Source: Candidatus Uhrbacteria bacterium CG10_big_fil_rev_8_21_14_0_10_50_16 (GTDB taxonomy: Bacteria > Patescibacteriota > Patescibacteriia > UBA9934 > UBA11717). From it: a stretch of DNA of 64,000 bases. The stretch is from contig PCYM01000001.1 in NCBI GenBank assembly GCA_002774875.1, forward strand, positions 1,096 to 65,095, written 5' to 3'. The translations under genes and the position numbers were made by a program. Position 1 is the first letter of the stretch; every line of letters starts with the position of its first letter. The notes beneath the pieces are model-generated. The model worked only from the letters and a program-made list of their open reading frames with translations, did not search any database and was not told the DNA's origin. Positions 20,155-29,872 of the stretch are shown in pieces.

Positions 20155-21144
20155 ATGAACACACAATTTGAACAACAAGTAGAAGCGCTCTTGGGTGATC
20201 GACTCAAACGGGGTGAACCTCTGGCGGCGCATTCGCATTATGGCGTTGGAGGACCTGCCTCTTATTTTGTGTTAGCAAAGACAGCAGAGGAGGTGACGAG
20301 TCTTGTGCAATTAGCTAAAGATGAGAACGTGCCATGGGTGGTGATCGGCGGCGGCACAAATATTCTTGTGAGTGATAAGGGATTCAACGGGCTCGTAATC
20401 AAGATGGGTAACCGTTCCATTCGCATTAACCACGAGACAGGAGAGGTGGTGGCAGATGCTGGGTTGCTCTCATCAAGCCTTGCACGTCAAACGGGAGAAG
20501 CCGGACTTACAGGATTTGAATGGGGGATTGGACTACCAGGGACGATTGGTGGTGCCGTGCGCGGAAATGCGGGTTGCTTTGGCGGAGAGACAAAAGATAA
20601 GTTGGTCTCGGTCGATATCCTTAACACAGAAACGGGAGAAGTACAGACGATTGCAAAAGAAGACCTTGTTATGGGGTATCGTCACAGCAAAATAAAGGAC
20701 GTTCCGTGGATTGTGCTGCGCGCTACGTTTTTATTTGAGCCACGTGAGGTGGACCTCAACCGTGAGGCGATCAATGAGGTGCTTCGCTGTCGCATGGATT
20801 CTCAACCAAAGAACGTCAAATGCGCCGGCTGTGCGTTTAAGAATGTCGATTTTGTGGCAGACGAGGATATCGCTAAGTTAAAAGATAGGGTTCATGATAT
20901 CCCGGAAGCGTTTCTTACAAATAAGCGTATTCCCGCCGGCTGGTTGGTGGATCGTCTCGGTCTTAAGGGCACGCGCGTTGGAGGGGCGGCGATTAGTGAG
21001 CTTCACGGAAACTTTATTACAAGCGATGGCACAGCGACGGCGGATCAACTGATGCAGCTCATTGCACTGGTTAAATCCAAAGTGCGAGATGCGTACGGGA
21101 TTCAATTACACGAGGAGGTTCAATTCATTGGGTTTGATACATAA
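20155..21144 (+). CDS. murB: UDP-N-acetylenolpyruvoylglucosamine reductase
   Basis: GGPA, GGGTNIL, PGTIGGAVRGNAG, AGCAFKN, HGNFI. Confidence 0.96.
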   Translation: MNTQFEQQVEALLGDRLKRGEPLAAHSHYGVGGPASYFVLAKTAEEVTSLVQLAKDENVPWVVIGGGTNILVSDKGFNGLVIKMGNRSIRINHETGEVVADAGLLSSSLARQTGEAGLTGFEWGIGLPGTIGGAVRGNAGCFGGETKDKLVSVDILNTETGEVQTIAKEDLVMGYRHSKIKDVPWIVLRATFLFEPREVDLNREAINEVLRCRMDSQPKNVKCAGCAFKNVDFVADEDIAKLKDRVHDIPEAFLTNKRIPAGWLVDRLGLKGTRVGGAAISELHGNFITSDGTATADQLMQLIALVKSKVRDAYGIQLHEEVQFIGFDT

Positions 21145-21147
21145 TCT

Positions 21148-21477
21148 ATGGGACCACTTTCGGAATTAGCCTTGTTTATCTCGATCAACTGGCGGGCACA
21201 CGCAAAACAGCAAACGATGGATGCATCTGCTCTGCGTGGGGAGCCGATCGAGAAGATATTGGAGGAACTTGCAGCACTGGCAGAATTGGAAAAGAAGACG
21301 GGGAGAACGGAGGTGGTGGACACAGAAGTTGCTCGAGCGCATTTGGGGGCGATGTTGCTCAATCTTATGCGTTACTGTGATCTTGCGGGTGTGGAAGGGG
21401 ACACACTCGGTGAATGGATTGCGGACTATTATCGGTCGTTGCCCACACCTGCGGACGAGGGTATACTAACGGTGTAA
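21148..21477 (+). CDS. Hypothetical helical protein, possibly degenerate MazG-like
   Basis: KILEEL...LG.ML..L...D..GV pattern resembles all-alpha NTP pyrophosphatases, but acidic residues are missing. Confidence 0.55.
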   Translation: MGPLSELALFISINWRAHAKQQTMDASALRGEPIEKILEELAALAELEKKTGRTEVVDTEVARAHLGAMLLNLMRYCDLAGVEGDTLGEWIADYYRSLPTPADEGILTV

Positions 21478-21494
21478 GTCATAACCGATCTGTT

Positions 21495-21866
21495 ATGAAA
21501 ATTGAGAAAATTTTAGGCACGAATATCGATCTTACCCCCGCGATCGAAGCACATATCAACAAACGTATTGCACCACTTTCCAAGCTTGTAAAACGATTAC
21601 AGCCGGCAAGCGTGGCAGTGGAGGTGGGAAAGCCGTCGGAGCATCACAATAAAGGAAATGTGTTTTACGCGGAGTTTAACGCGGATATCCAAGGCGAGGT
21701 GTTTCATGCGACTGCCGAGGCAGAGGATTTGTATGCTGCTATCGACAAAGTGCAAAAAGAGTTCAAACGTCAGATTGTTGATTGGCGCAAGAAGCAAAAA
21801 TCTGTTGGCACCCGCGCAGGCCGATCGTTTAAGAAGTTTCTGCGATTTGGACGCGAGCAAGACTAG
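21495..21866 (+). CDS. hpf: Ribosome hibernation promoting factor (RaiA/HPF)
   Basis: NIDLTPAI, DLYAAID. Confidence 0.92.
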   Translation: MKIEKILGTNIDLTPAIEAHINKRIAPLSKLVKRLQPASVAVEVGKPSEHHNKGNVFYAEFNADIQGEVFHATAEAEDLYAAIDKVQKEFKRQIVDWRKKQKSVGTRAGRSFKKFLRFGREQD

Positions 21867-21878
21867 GATTGATGATTT

Positions 21879-21907
21879 AAAACACCCGTCTGTGGATGGG
21901 TGTTTTT
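21879..21907 (+). terminator. Intrinsic terminator
   Basis: AAAACACCCGTC-TGTG-GATGGGTGTTTTT. Confidence 0.8.
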
Positions 21908-22001
21908 GTTTTACAGGCTTGCCTGCAAGCTCTCCTGGTCGTCATTGCGCGTTTCACGAAGCAATCTATTTATTCTTTCTCCCTCCTTTTTGTTTCGCCA
22001 A

Positions 22002-22107
22002 AGATGTGTGCCAATTGTGGCGATTCATGTTGAATCTTCAATTGGCTACACGGCTTCGCTCTACAGAAGGGCTTCGTTTATGCCAAGGTCTGTACGGCGT
22101 ACTCGTG
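22002..22107 (+). repeat. Second copy of the 106-nt structured repeat
   Basis: Ungapped 88/106 match to 12450-12555, counted by eye. Confidence 0.85.
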
Positions 22108-22409
22108 GGGACACGCTGAGGGACGACTACAACACCGGGGACCCCGATTCCGTCCGCGTGCGCTTTACGTACGCCGGACGTGCCTATCGGATGTGGAGTC
22201 TCCCGGGTAGGCTCTCCGTTTGGGAGGGGAAGGGCACTTACACGGACACGGGACCTACCGGCTGCATCAACTCCGCCGTGTCCGACGTGGGTGTCATGAA
22301 GTGGCTAGATCACGAGGAGCCGGATGAAATCCCGGAGACCCAGCCGGAGTGGCAGGTTCGCTGCAAGGTGGCGATCGAGAGCCTGGCCGCCGTCCTCGGC
22401 GTCCGCTGA
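22108..22409 (+). pseudogene. 5'-truncated GC-rich orphan ORF remnant
   Basis: Abrupt switch to GC-rich codons right after the repeat; no start codon or RBS at the junction; followed by a GC hairpin. Confidence 0.55.
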
Positions 22410-22412
22410 ACT

Positions 22413-22462
22413 GCCGCCTGAAGGCGCGACCGCAAAGGTCGTCTGCCTACAGGCGGCCTTTG
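22413..22462 (+). terminator. Long GC hairpin/terminator of the orphan remnant
   Basis: GCCGCCTG...CGACC-GCAAA-GGTCG...CAGGCGGC followed by a T-rich run. Confidence 0.6.
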
Positions 22463-22505
22463 TGTTATTGACCAAAATGCTCCTTTGACCTACAATCTCG
22501 GCATT

Positions 22506-25175
22506 ATGGCACACTTTTTAGATCGATTTTTAACGGATTCCAGTAAGAAAACACTCAAGTACTATCAACAGAGTGTGGATGCAGTCAATGCGCTTGCAGA
22601 CAGCTACCGTGGGTTATCGGATGCAGAGTTAAAGGAGAAAACCGTGAGTTTTAAAGCGCGCTTGGCGGAAGGCGTTTTGATTGACGATTTGCTCGTAGAG
22701 GCGTTTGCCACAGCCCGTGAAGCGGCACAGCGAACCTTGGGACAATATCATTACGATGTGCAGTTGTTGGGAGGGATGGCGCTGCATCATCACAACATTG
22801 CCGAGATGCGCACAGGAGAAGGAAAGACACTTACCTCAACACTCCCAGTTTATTTGAATGCATTGGAGGGAAAAGGTGTGCACGTGGCAACCGTTAACGA
22901 CTACCTGTCCATGCGAGATGCTGCATGGATGGGTGAAGTGTTTGATTTCCTGGGATTGTCCGTGGGAGTCATTTCTCACGAAGGTGGCTTTGTGTACGAC
23001 AAATCGATCGTGCAGGATGAAGTAGTGGAAGACGCCGATCGAGATGTTACGGGAAGTTTTAAAGTTCACCATGATTATTTGCGACCTGTGGCGCGTGCAG
23101 ATGCCTATGCGGCGGACATCACCTACGGCACCAACAATGAGTTCGGATTTGACTATCTGCGCGACAACATGGTGCAGAATCCGGATCAGCGCGTGCAACG
23201 TCCCCTTAACTATTGTTTGATTGACGAGGTGGACTCTATTTTGATTGACGAGGCACGCACGCCATTGATTATCTCTGCGCCGTCTCAAACGTCCAGTGCC
23301 ATGTACCAACAATTTGCACAGGTGGTGCGATTGTTAAAGTTGGACGTGGATTATAATATTGACGAGAAAATGAAAGTCTCTACACTTACGGAGGCTGGAA
23401 TTGAGAAAGTGGAGAAAGCTCTTGGTCTTGCAAACCTCTATGCCGACGGTGGTGTGCACTTGGTGCATCATTTGGAGCAGGCGCTGCGGGCGGAGGTGTT
23501 GTATAAGCGTGATAAAGAATACGTGGTACGCGAAGGAGAGATTGTGATTGTGGATGAATTTACGGGTCGTATGATGGAGGGACGTCGTTTTTCGGAAGGA
23601 CTCCATCAGGCGATCGAGGCGAAAGAAGGTGTGGAGGTACAACAAGAAAGTCAGACATTGGCCACCATTACGTTCCAAAACTATTTCCGCATGTATTCGC
23701 GATTGGCGGGCATGACGGGAACGGCCAAGACAGAGGAGGAAGAGTTTCAAAAGATTTATGATTTGAACGTGATCGTGATACCAACCAATAAGGTCATAGC
23801 CCGTAATGACCATGAAGACAAAATTTACAAGTCAGAGGCTGGTAAGATTCAGGCTATTGTAAAGGACGTTAAAACGCGGCAGGCCCTGGGGCAGCCAGTG
23901 CTCATTGGTACCATTTCTATTGAGAAGAACGAAGAGATGTCGCAGGCACTTTCCAAGGCGGGTGTGCCGCATGAGGCGTTGAACGCAAAAAACCACGAAC
24001 GAGAAGGGTCGATTGTTGCACAAGCAGGGCGCAAAGGTTCCGTGACGGTGGCCACCAACATGGCGGGTCGTGGTGTGGATATAAAGTTGGGAGGCGTTCC
24101 GGCAACAAAGCAAGAATATGAGGAAGTTCTCGCGTTAGGTGGTTTGTATGTGGTGGGAACGGAGCGTCACGAGGCACGTCGGATTGACAATCAGCTCCGT
24201 GGACGATCTGGCCGTCAGGGCGATGTTGGAGAAACGCAGTTCTTTGTATCGACCGAGGACGACCTTATGCGTGTGTTTGGATCTGATCGCATGAAGAACA
24301 TGATGGAGCGATTGGGCGTCCCTGAGGATATGCCGATTGAGAATAAAGTTATTACAAAAGCGTTGGAAGGGGCACAAAAGAAGGTGGAGGGTCACAACTT
24401 TGACATTCGCAAACGTTTGTTGGATTACGACGATATCCTCAATAAACAGCGTTCTGTGACCTATGAAATTCGTAACGAGATTGTAGACATTAATACAACG
24501 GAGGAGCCAGAGGCGGCACGTCCGATGATTTTGGATCACATTACGGAAGAGATCGAGAATGTTGTGTCGTTCCATACGGCAGACGGAACGGATTGGAATG
24601 TAAAGGAGATTTTTGAAACCATGCAGACCATTGTGCCGGTTCCGGAGGAGTTAAAGGAACGTTTTACGGCATATAATGGTATTGGTGCACCGAAGGCTGC
24701 GCAGGCCGCAGTGGTGCGCACGGAGTTGATTGAAACATTGGAGGGCCAGGCGCAGATAGCGTACAAGGATCTCGAGGGATTGTTTGCGGAGCGTTCCCAA
24801 CTTGCAACGGTGGAGAAGCAGTTGTTATTGCGATCGATCGACATGTTGTGGGTGGAACATCTAACCGCGATGCGTAAATTGCGCAGTGGTGTTGGGTTGA
24901 GTGGCTATGCACAGCGTGATCCGTTGGTGGAGTACAAGCGTGAGAGCTTTGCTATGTACCAGGTGATGCTGTCAGAGGTGCAAAAACAGGTGGTGTACTC
25001 CATTTTTAAGGTAAAGGATGCCATGCGGATTGCCCATACGCCGTCCTTGGCAGAGCGCGCAAAGATTAGCGAGGCTATAAAGGCAGGCGTGAGTAATCAT
25101 CAAAAACCAGGACGTAACGACGCGTGTCCGTGTGGATCGGGGAAGAAGTACAAAAAGTGCCATGGAATGGAATAA
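22506..25175 (+). CDS. secA: Preprotein translocase ATPase SecA
   Basis: EMRTGEGKT, IDEVDSILIDEARTPLIIS, RIDNQLRGRSGRQGD, SEC-C motif CPCGSGKKYKKCH. Confidence 0.99.
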   Translation: MAHFLDRFLTDSSKKTLKYYQQSVDAVNALADSYRGLSDAELKEKTVSFKARLAEGVLIDDLLVEAFATAREAAQRTLGQYHYDVQLLGGMALHHHNIAEMRTGEGKTLTSTLPVYLNALEGKGVHVATVNDYLSMRDAAWMGEVFDFLGLSVGVISHEGGFVYDKSIVQDEVVEDADRDVTGSFKVHHDYLRPVARADAYAADITYGTNNEFGFDYLRDNMVQNPDQRVQRPLNYCLIDEVDSILIDEARTPLIISAPSQTSSAMYQQFAQVVRLLKLDVDYNIDEKMKVSTLTEAGIEKVEKALGLANLYADGGVHLVHHLEQALRAEVLYKRDKEYVVREGEIVIVDEFTGRMMEGRRFSEGLHQAIEAKEGVEVQQESQTLATITFQNYFRMYSRLAGMTGTAKTEEEEFQKIYDLNVIVIPTNKVIARNDHEDKIYKSEAGKIQAIVKDVKTRQALGQPVLIGTISIEKNEEMSQALSKAGVPHEALNAKNHEREGSIVAQAGRKGSVTVATNMAGRGVDIKLGGVPATKQEYEEVLALGGLYVVGTERHEARRIDNQLRGRSGRQGDVGETQFFVSTEDDLMRVFGSDRMKNMMERLGVPEDMPIENKVITKALEGAQKKVEGHNFDIRKRLLDYDDILNKQRSVTYEIRNEIVDINTTEEPEAARPMILDHITEEIENVVSFHTADGTDWNVKEIFETMQTIVPVPEELKERFTAYNGIGAPKAAQAAVVRTELIETLEGQAQIAYKDLEGLFAERSQLATVEKQLLLRSIDMLWVEHLTAMRKLRSGVGLSGYAQRDPLVEYKRESFAMYQVMLSEVQKQVVYSIFKVKDAMRIAHTPSLAERAKISEAIKAGVSNHQKPGRNDACPCGSGKKYKKCHGME

Positions 25176-25178
25176 CCA

Positions 25179-25206
25179 AAAACCTCCCAATGCAGGGAGG
25201 TTTTTT
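25179..25206. terminator. Bidirectional terminator
   Basis: AAAACCTCCC-AATGCA-GGGAGGTTTT. Confidence 0.8.
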
Positions 25207-25214
25207 AATAGGAA

Positions 25215-25313
25215 CTAGGTGAGTTTTGGAATACTGATTTTAAGGACACCGTTTTCCACTACTGATGAGATGCCGGATGAATCATAATTATTTTCTGGAA
25301 GTTCGACAGATCA
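25215..25313 (-). pseudogene. C-terminal remnant of a small heat-shock protein (Hsp20)
   Basis: Minus strand reads *SVELPENNYDSSGISSVVENGVLKISIPKLT*, matching the alpha-crystallin LP...NGVL.I.IPK motif. Confidence 0.7.
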
Positions 25314-25400
25314 TGAATTAAGAGTAGATCTATTGTAGTAGCATAGGTATAGATATTCAAACATTGCGGAGGATAACAGAAGATGATAGGTTGTGCATCT

Positions 25401-26012
25401 ATGAAGCTACTGATGTTTGATTTTGATGGGGTGATAGTGGCCTCTGCGGAGCCGTGTTTTGCGATCCACCAACAATTAGAGGGAGATCAACTGACGCGGG
25501 AAGTTTGGCGGACGTATTTTTACGGAAACGCGTTTGACTCTGAGCAGGTGAACATACATTATTCTGATGACCCGGTTGTTTCTGAGGAAAAACCCTTTTT
25601 TAAACTCTACAAACCGATTATTGAGACGATGGATCCTGTACCGGGGCTCAAGGAACTCGTCCACAACCTTGCACAGACGCACACGCTTACGATTGTCTCT
25701 TCCGGGTTTAGCGACATTATTCAGACCTTTTTAGAGCGGCATGGCCTGCGTTCGTATTTTCAGGAAGTTTGGGGCGCGGATATTCACAAAAAGAAAACGG
25801 TTAAAATACAGCGACTTCTCGATCAGTATCAAGTGACTCCTGATGAAGCGCGATTCATTACAGACACTCTTGGCGATGTAAAAGAGGCGCAAGAGGTTGG
25901 TACGGCATCTATTGGAGTTACGTGGGGCGTCCACACACGGGATATCCTCGCACTCGGGGCGCCGTTGTGTATTGTGGATACGATCGATGAACTTACCAAG
26001 ATTCTTTTGTAA
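25401..26012 (+). CDS. HAD-superfamily hydrolase
   Basis: FDFDGVI, IVSS, D...DV..A..G..SIGVTWG. Confidence 0.9.
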   Translation: MKLLMFDFDGVIVASAEPCFAIHQQLEGDQLTREVWRTYFYGNAFDSEQVNIHYSDDPVVSEEKPFFKLYKPIIETMDPVPGLKELVHNLAQTHTLTIVSSGFSDIIQTFLERHGLRSYFQEVWGADIHKKKTVKIQRLLDQYQVTPDEARFITDTLGDVKEAQEVGTASIGVTWGVHTRDILALGAPLCIVDTIDELTKILL

Positions 26013-26013
26013 T

Positions 26014-27288
26014 ATGGATCAATACGACGTCGTCATTGTTGGCGCGAGTTTTGCAGGTTTAACATTGGCGCATCATCTGCCAGGTCACCTGCGGGTTCTT
26101 GTTGTGGATGCAAAACCGGCGGCCGGATCTAGTGTTGAATCCACGGGGCTCATTACTTCAAAGACCTACGATTTGTTTAAAACGTTTTTCCCCATTGACG
26201 ACTACATCACCAATCCCATTTCGGCGATTTGTGTGGTAGCGCCGGATTTTAAGGATTACTTTGTGTCGCAAACGTCGGAACCTTGGATTTATCAAACCGA
26301 TACAAAGGCTCTCGTGCGTGCCATGGCCGATACCGTTCCATCAAACGTAACCGTTAAGACAAAAACGGTATTCATGAACGCGGTGGATGAGGATGATCAC
26401 GTTATTATTTCACTGCAAGCTCAAGGAGAGCCTTCTCACCAATTGAGGTGTCGAGTGCTTGTGGGCGCCGATGGTTCTCATTCCAAGGTTGCACAGGTGA
26501 CACCGGAGCTCGATCAGAACAAATCGTTTCTTTTTGGCTTTGAACGTGTGTATTTTGGAGAGGTGAATCTGGGACCGATTCCGCAGCAGACAATTTATCA
26601 CTATTGGTTTGGTGAATTTTCTTTGGGGTATGGCGGGTGGCTTTCGCCAACGGTTGTAAACGGACGCTCGGCGTATCGTATTGGCCTTGCAAAGCTGATG
26701 AGTGATCGAGGTGCGGCGAGTCAGTTGCTCAAGACGTTTACGCAGCGACTTGTCGACAACGGCACGATCACGCTCGAAGGGTCTATTGAGACGTCGGAAT
26801 ATGCGTTTGGGAGCTTGATTCCCATTGGTGGGGTTGTAAAACGTGTGACGCACAAAAATCGTGTGCTCATTGGAGATGCAGCAGGGTATTGCGGGGCGTT
26901 TGCTGCAGATGGTATTAAGGGGTCGTTGGCATCGGCAAAAATTGTTGCGCGGCTGATTCCACGATTTTTGGATGGAGAAACACAGGCACTGGTAGAACTG
27001 CCGGAGCGTATGAACACAGAATTTAATCTTATAGATTATTATCGTCGACAGATGCGTTACCGGTGGATCTGGGATCAAATGAGGCGTGACAGGTCATTTA
27101 AGGCAATGTTTGCCATTATCGCGCGGGAGCAGGAGACGTTCGTGGAACAATTCTGTGACAGTAAAGATACACACCGCAGTCTCGCCTGGACCGTGCTGAA
27201 ATTTAAATATCTTCCTCTTCTGGTGCAATATGGGTGTTTTCTGGTTTGGGACAAGTTATTTACACACAAAAAGACTGTCGTTGGTTGA
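26014..27288 (+). CDS. FAD-dependent oxidoreductase, geranylgeranyl-reductase-like
   Basis: DVVIVGASFAGL, GADGSHS, LIGDAAG...DGI. Confidence 0.85.
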   Translation: MDQYDVVIVGASFAGLTLAHHLPGHLRVLVVDAKPAAGSSVESTGLITSKTYDLFKTFFPIDDYITNPISAICVVAPDFKDYFVSQTSEPWIYQTDTKALVRAMADTVPSNVTVKTKTVFMNAVDEDDHVIISLQAQGEPSHQLRCRVLVGADGSHSKVAQVTPELDQNKSFLFGFERVYFGEVNLGPIPQQTIYHYWFGEFSLGYGGWLSPTVVNGRSAYRIGLAKLMSDRGAASQLLKTFTQRLVDNGTITLEGSIETSEYAFGSLIPIGGVVKRVTHKNRVLIGDAAGYCGAFAADGIKGSLASAKIVARLIPRFLDGETQALVELPERMNTEFNLIDYYRRQMRYRWIWDQMRRDRSFKAMFAIIAREQETFVEQFCDSKDTHRSLAWTVLKFKYLPLLVQYGCFLVWDKLFTHKKTVVG

Positions 27289-27382
27289 TTAATCTCACCA
27301 GGGGCGTTACAATGGCGCCCGAGCTGTATTGGCGGGTAGAACCGCCTTCAATCCCCTCATTTCATTTTTTTATTCTGATTAC

Positions 27383-28867
27383 ATGGCTTACAAACAGTTT
27401 CGAAAACAGCAAAAGGAGGCTGGTAAACATAAGCAAATCAATGCTTCTGTACCATCAAAATGGCGATTACCTGTGGGTGTCATTGGGATCATTCTCCTTT
27501 CCGTTATTGGACTTGGGTACATGTTCCCAGCACAGTGGAATGCGACCGTTGGGAAGACTGGTTTGGAATTTAAGGGAACGCCGTTCCATCTAGGTCTTGA
27601 TTTGTTGGGGGGTGCGCATCTTGTGTATGAGGCAGATTTGTCTCAGGTGGGCGAGTCGGAACGTGCAGATGCATTGCGTGGTGTACGAGACGTTATTGAA
27701 CGTCGTGTCAATGCCTTTGGTGTTGCCGAGCCGGTTGTTCAATTAACGGGGGATACACGTATTATTGTTGAGCTCGCTGGAATTCAGGACGTGAATGAAG
27801 CGATTAACCAAATTGGAGAGACACCGATTTTGGAATTCAAACGGCCAGCTGCCGTGGACCCAGATGCACCAGATCCAATGGAGGGAATTACGGTATCAAC
27901 AGATGCAGACGGGAATGCGACGCTGGTGGGCACCGACGGCGAGCCTGTCGAGCTGACAAGTGAAATATTCGCTGCATTGCAAGGGAATAATCAGTGGGAA
28001 AATACGGAGTTAAGCGGTGCACATCTTAAACACGCATCCGTGGAGTTTGATTCAAACACAGGCACACCGTTGGTATCGCTCACGTTCGATTCCGAGGGCG
28101 GAGAAATGTTTGGGAAGTTGACAGAAGAATTGATTGGACAAAAGATCGCCATTTTCTTGGACGGTTCGGTTATTTCTGCGCCGGTTGTTCAGGATGCTAT
28201 TTACGGCGGTCAGGCGCAGATTACGGGAAGTGATTCTATCGAGGAGGCGCGAACACTCGCGCAACGGCTTAATGCAGGTGCGTTGCCGGTACCTATCGAA
28301 TTGATCTCTCAACAAACGGTAGGTCCAACACTAGGTGCTATCTCATTGGAGCGTAGCCTCATGGCGGGCGCCATTGGACTTGTCTTGATCGCTCTCTTTA
28401 TGCTGCTCTACTATCGGTTACCGGGGCTTCTTGCGATCGCCGCACTTGTTGTTTATGGAGTTCTTGTTCTGTCTGTCTTTAAAATGGGATCTGTGACATT
28501 AACACTTGCAGGAATCGCTGGTCTTATCCTTTCGATTGGAATGGCGGTGGATGCAAACGTACTCATTTTTGAGCGATTAAAAGAAGAATTAGCGTCTGGT
28601 CGGCCGCTTGATCGATCGATCGACGAAGCAGTAAAACGTGCCTGGTCTTCTATCCGCGACGGAAATATTACGACCCTTATTGCGTGTGTGATCCTTTTTG
28701 GCTTCAGTTCGAGTTTTATTAAGGGATTTGCGTTGACCTTGGGGATTGGAGTTGTGGCAAGTATGTTGACAGCCGTGGTGGTGACACGCGCATTTTTGGC
28801 GCTGGCAGCACGTTGGCCACTCCTCAATAAACCGTTTTTGTACGGGGTAAAAAAGATGCGAGAATAA
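27383..28867 (+). CDS. secD: Protein translocase subunit SecD
   Basis: LGLDL.GG, RRVNAFGVAEP, AGALPVP, GMAVDANVLIFER. Confidence 0.97.
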   Translation: MAYKQFRKQQKEAGKHKQINASVPSKWRLPVGVIGIILLSVIGLGYMFPAQWNATVGKTGLEFKGTPFHLGLDLLGGAHLVYEADLSQVGESERADALRGVRDVIERRVNAFGVAEPVVQLTGDTRIIVELAGIQDVNEAINQIGETPILEFKRPAAVDPDAPDPMEGITVSTDADGNATLVGTDGEPVELTSEIFAALQGNNQWENTELSGAHLKHASVEFDSNTGTPLVSLTFDSEGGEMFGKLTEELIGQKIAIFLDGSVISAPVVQDAIYGGQAQITGSDSIEEARTLAQRLNAGALPVPIELISQQTVGPTLGAISLERSLMAGAIGLVLIALFMLLYYRLPGLLAIAALVVYGVLVLSVFKMGSVTLTLAGIAGLILSIGMAVDANVLIFERLKEELASGRPLDRSIDEAVKRAWSSIRDGNITTLIACVILFGFSSSFIKGFALTLGIGVVASMLTAVVVTRAFLALAARWPLLNKPFLYGVKKMRE

Positions 28868-28870
28868 CCT

Positions 28871-29761
28871 ATGAAGATCATTCAACAACGAACCGTTTGG
28901 TTCAGTATTAGCGGAGGATTGATTCTTGCCAGTATCGCGTTCCTCGTGATATTTGGGCTTAATCTTGGAATCGATTTTACAGGAGGAAGCCTACTGGAAG
29001 TGGAATATGCACAGGATCGGGCAGATATTACGGATATTCGTACAGCTGTCGAAACTGCTGGTTTTACAAGCGGCCAGGTACAGCCAAGTAATGAACGCGG
29101 ATTACTTGTGCGTCAACCTCCGCTCACGGAAGATCAACATCAGGTACTCATGGGGACATTGTTGACATTTGGAGAATTGGATGAATTGCGATTTGACTCT
29201 ATTGGCCCTGTTATTGGACAGGAGTTGAAGCAAAAATCCCTGTGGGCACTCGTTCTCATTTTCGTGGCGATTGTGGCCTATGTGGCTTGGTCATTCCGTA
29301 AGGTGGGAAGCAAAGTAAAAAGTTGGAAGTATGGATTTTTGACGATTGTTGCAGCACTCCATGATGTGCTTATCGCATTGGGTGTCGCGGCGCTTCTTGG
29401 TCATTTTATGGATTTCTCGATTGGGACGGCGTTTGTGGCGGCGTTGTTGACGATTCTTGGATACTCGGTAAACGATACAATTGTGGTATTTGATCGAATC
29501 CGCGAGAACCTCATGAAAGATCATCACACGTTCGAAGCCGTTGTGGATCAGTCTGTGAATGAGACGATCGCCCGTTCGATCAATACAAGCTTAACCACCC
29601 TACTCGCGTTGTTCGCGGTGTACCTATTTGGTGGGGAAACAACAAAAGATTTTGCCTTAATTCTCATGGTGGGAATCTTTGTGGGAGCCTATTCGTCGAT
29701 CTTCATTGCGTCACCGTTACTGGTAACGTGGCAAAAGTGGATGGATAGAAAGCGTTCTTAG
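28871..29761 (+). CDS. secF: Protein translocase subunit SecF
   Basis: GIDFTGG, LHDV, GYSVNDTIVVFDRIRE. Confidence 0.97.
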   Translation: MKIIQQRTVWFSISGGLILASIAFLVIFGLNLGIDFTGGSLLEVEYAQDRADITDIRTAVETAGFTSGQVQPSNERGLLVRQPPLTEDQHQVLMGTLLTFGELDELRFDSIGPVIGQELKQKSLWALVLIFVAIVAYVAWSFRKVGSKVKSWKYGFLTIVAALHDVLIALGVAALLGHFMDFSIGTAFVAALLTILGYSVNDTIVVFDRIRENLMKDHHTFEAVVDQSVNETIARSINTSLTTLLALFAVYLFGGETTKDFALILMVGIFVGAYSSIFIASPLLVTWQKWMDRKRS

Positions 29762-29872
29762 TGCGTGTGTAGATGAACGAGGTCGCAGAGACCTCGTTTT
29801 GTTTTGTGGTGTGTGTAAGTAGGATTAGAAGCAGCAGACAGGGAAAGACAACGTGGTATACTGGTCTCATCT

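Noticed and set aside
21900-22107. Apparent protein similarity between ORFs 12456 and 21900 (PIVAIH.ESSIGYTASLY)
   Set aside because: It is a translation of the shared DNA hairpin repeat; the base changes follow pairing, and ORF 12456 runs antisense into dnaB.
25311-25313. In-frame TGA as a sign of genetic code 25
   Set aside because: Several well-conserved genes (clp, recJ, the response regulator) end at TGA, and no core gene contains an internal TGA.
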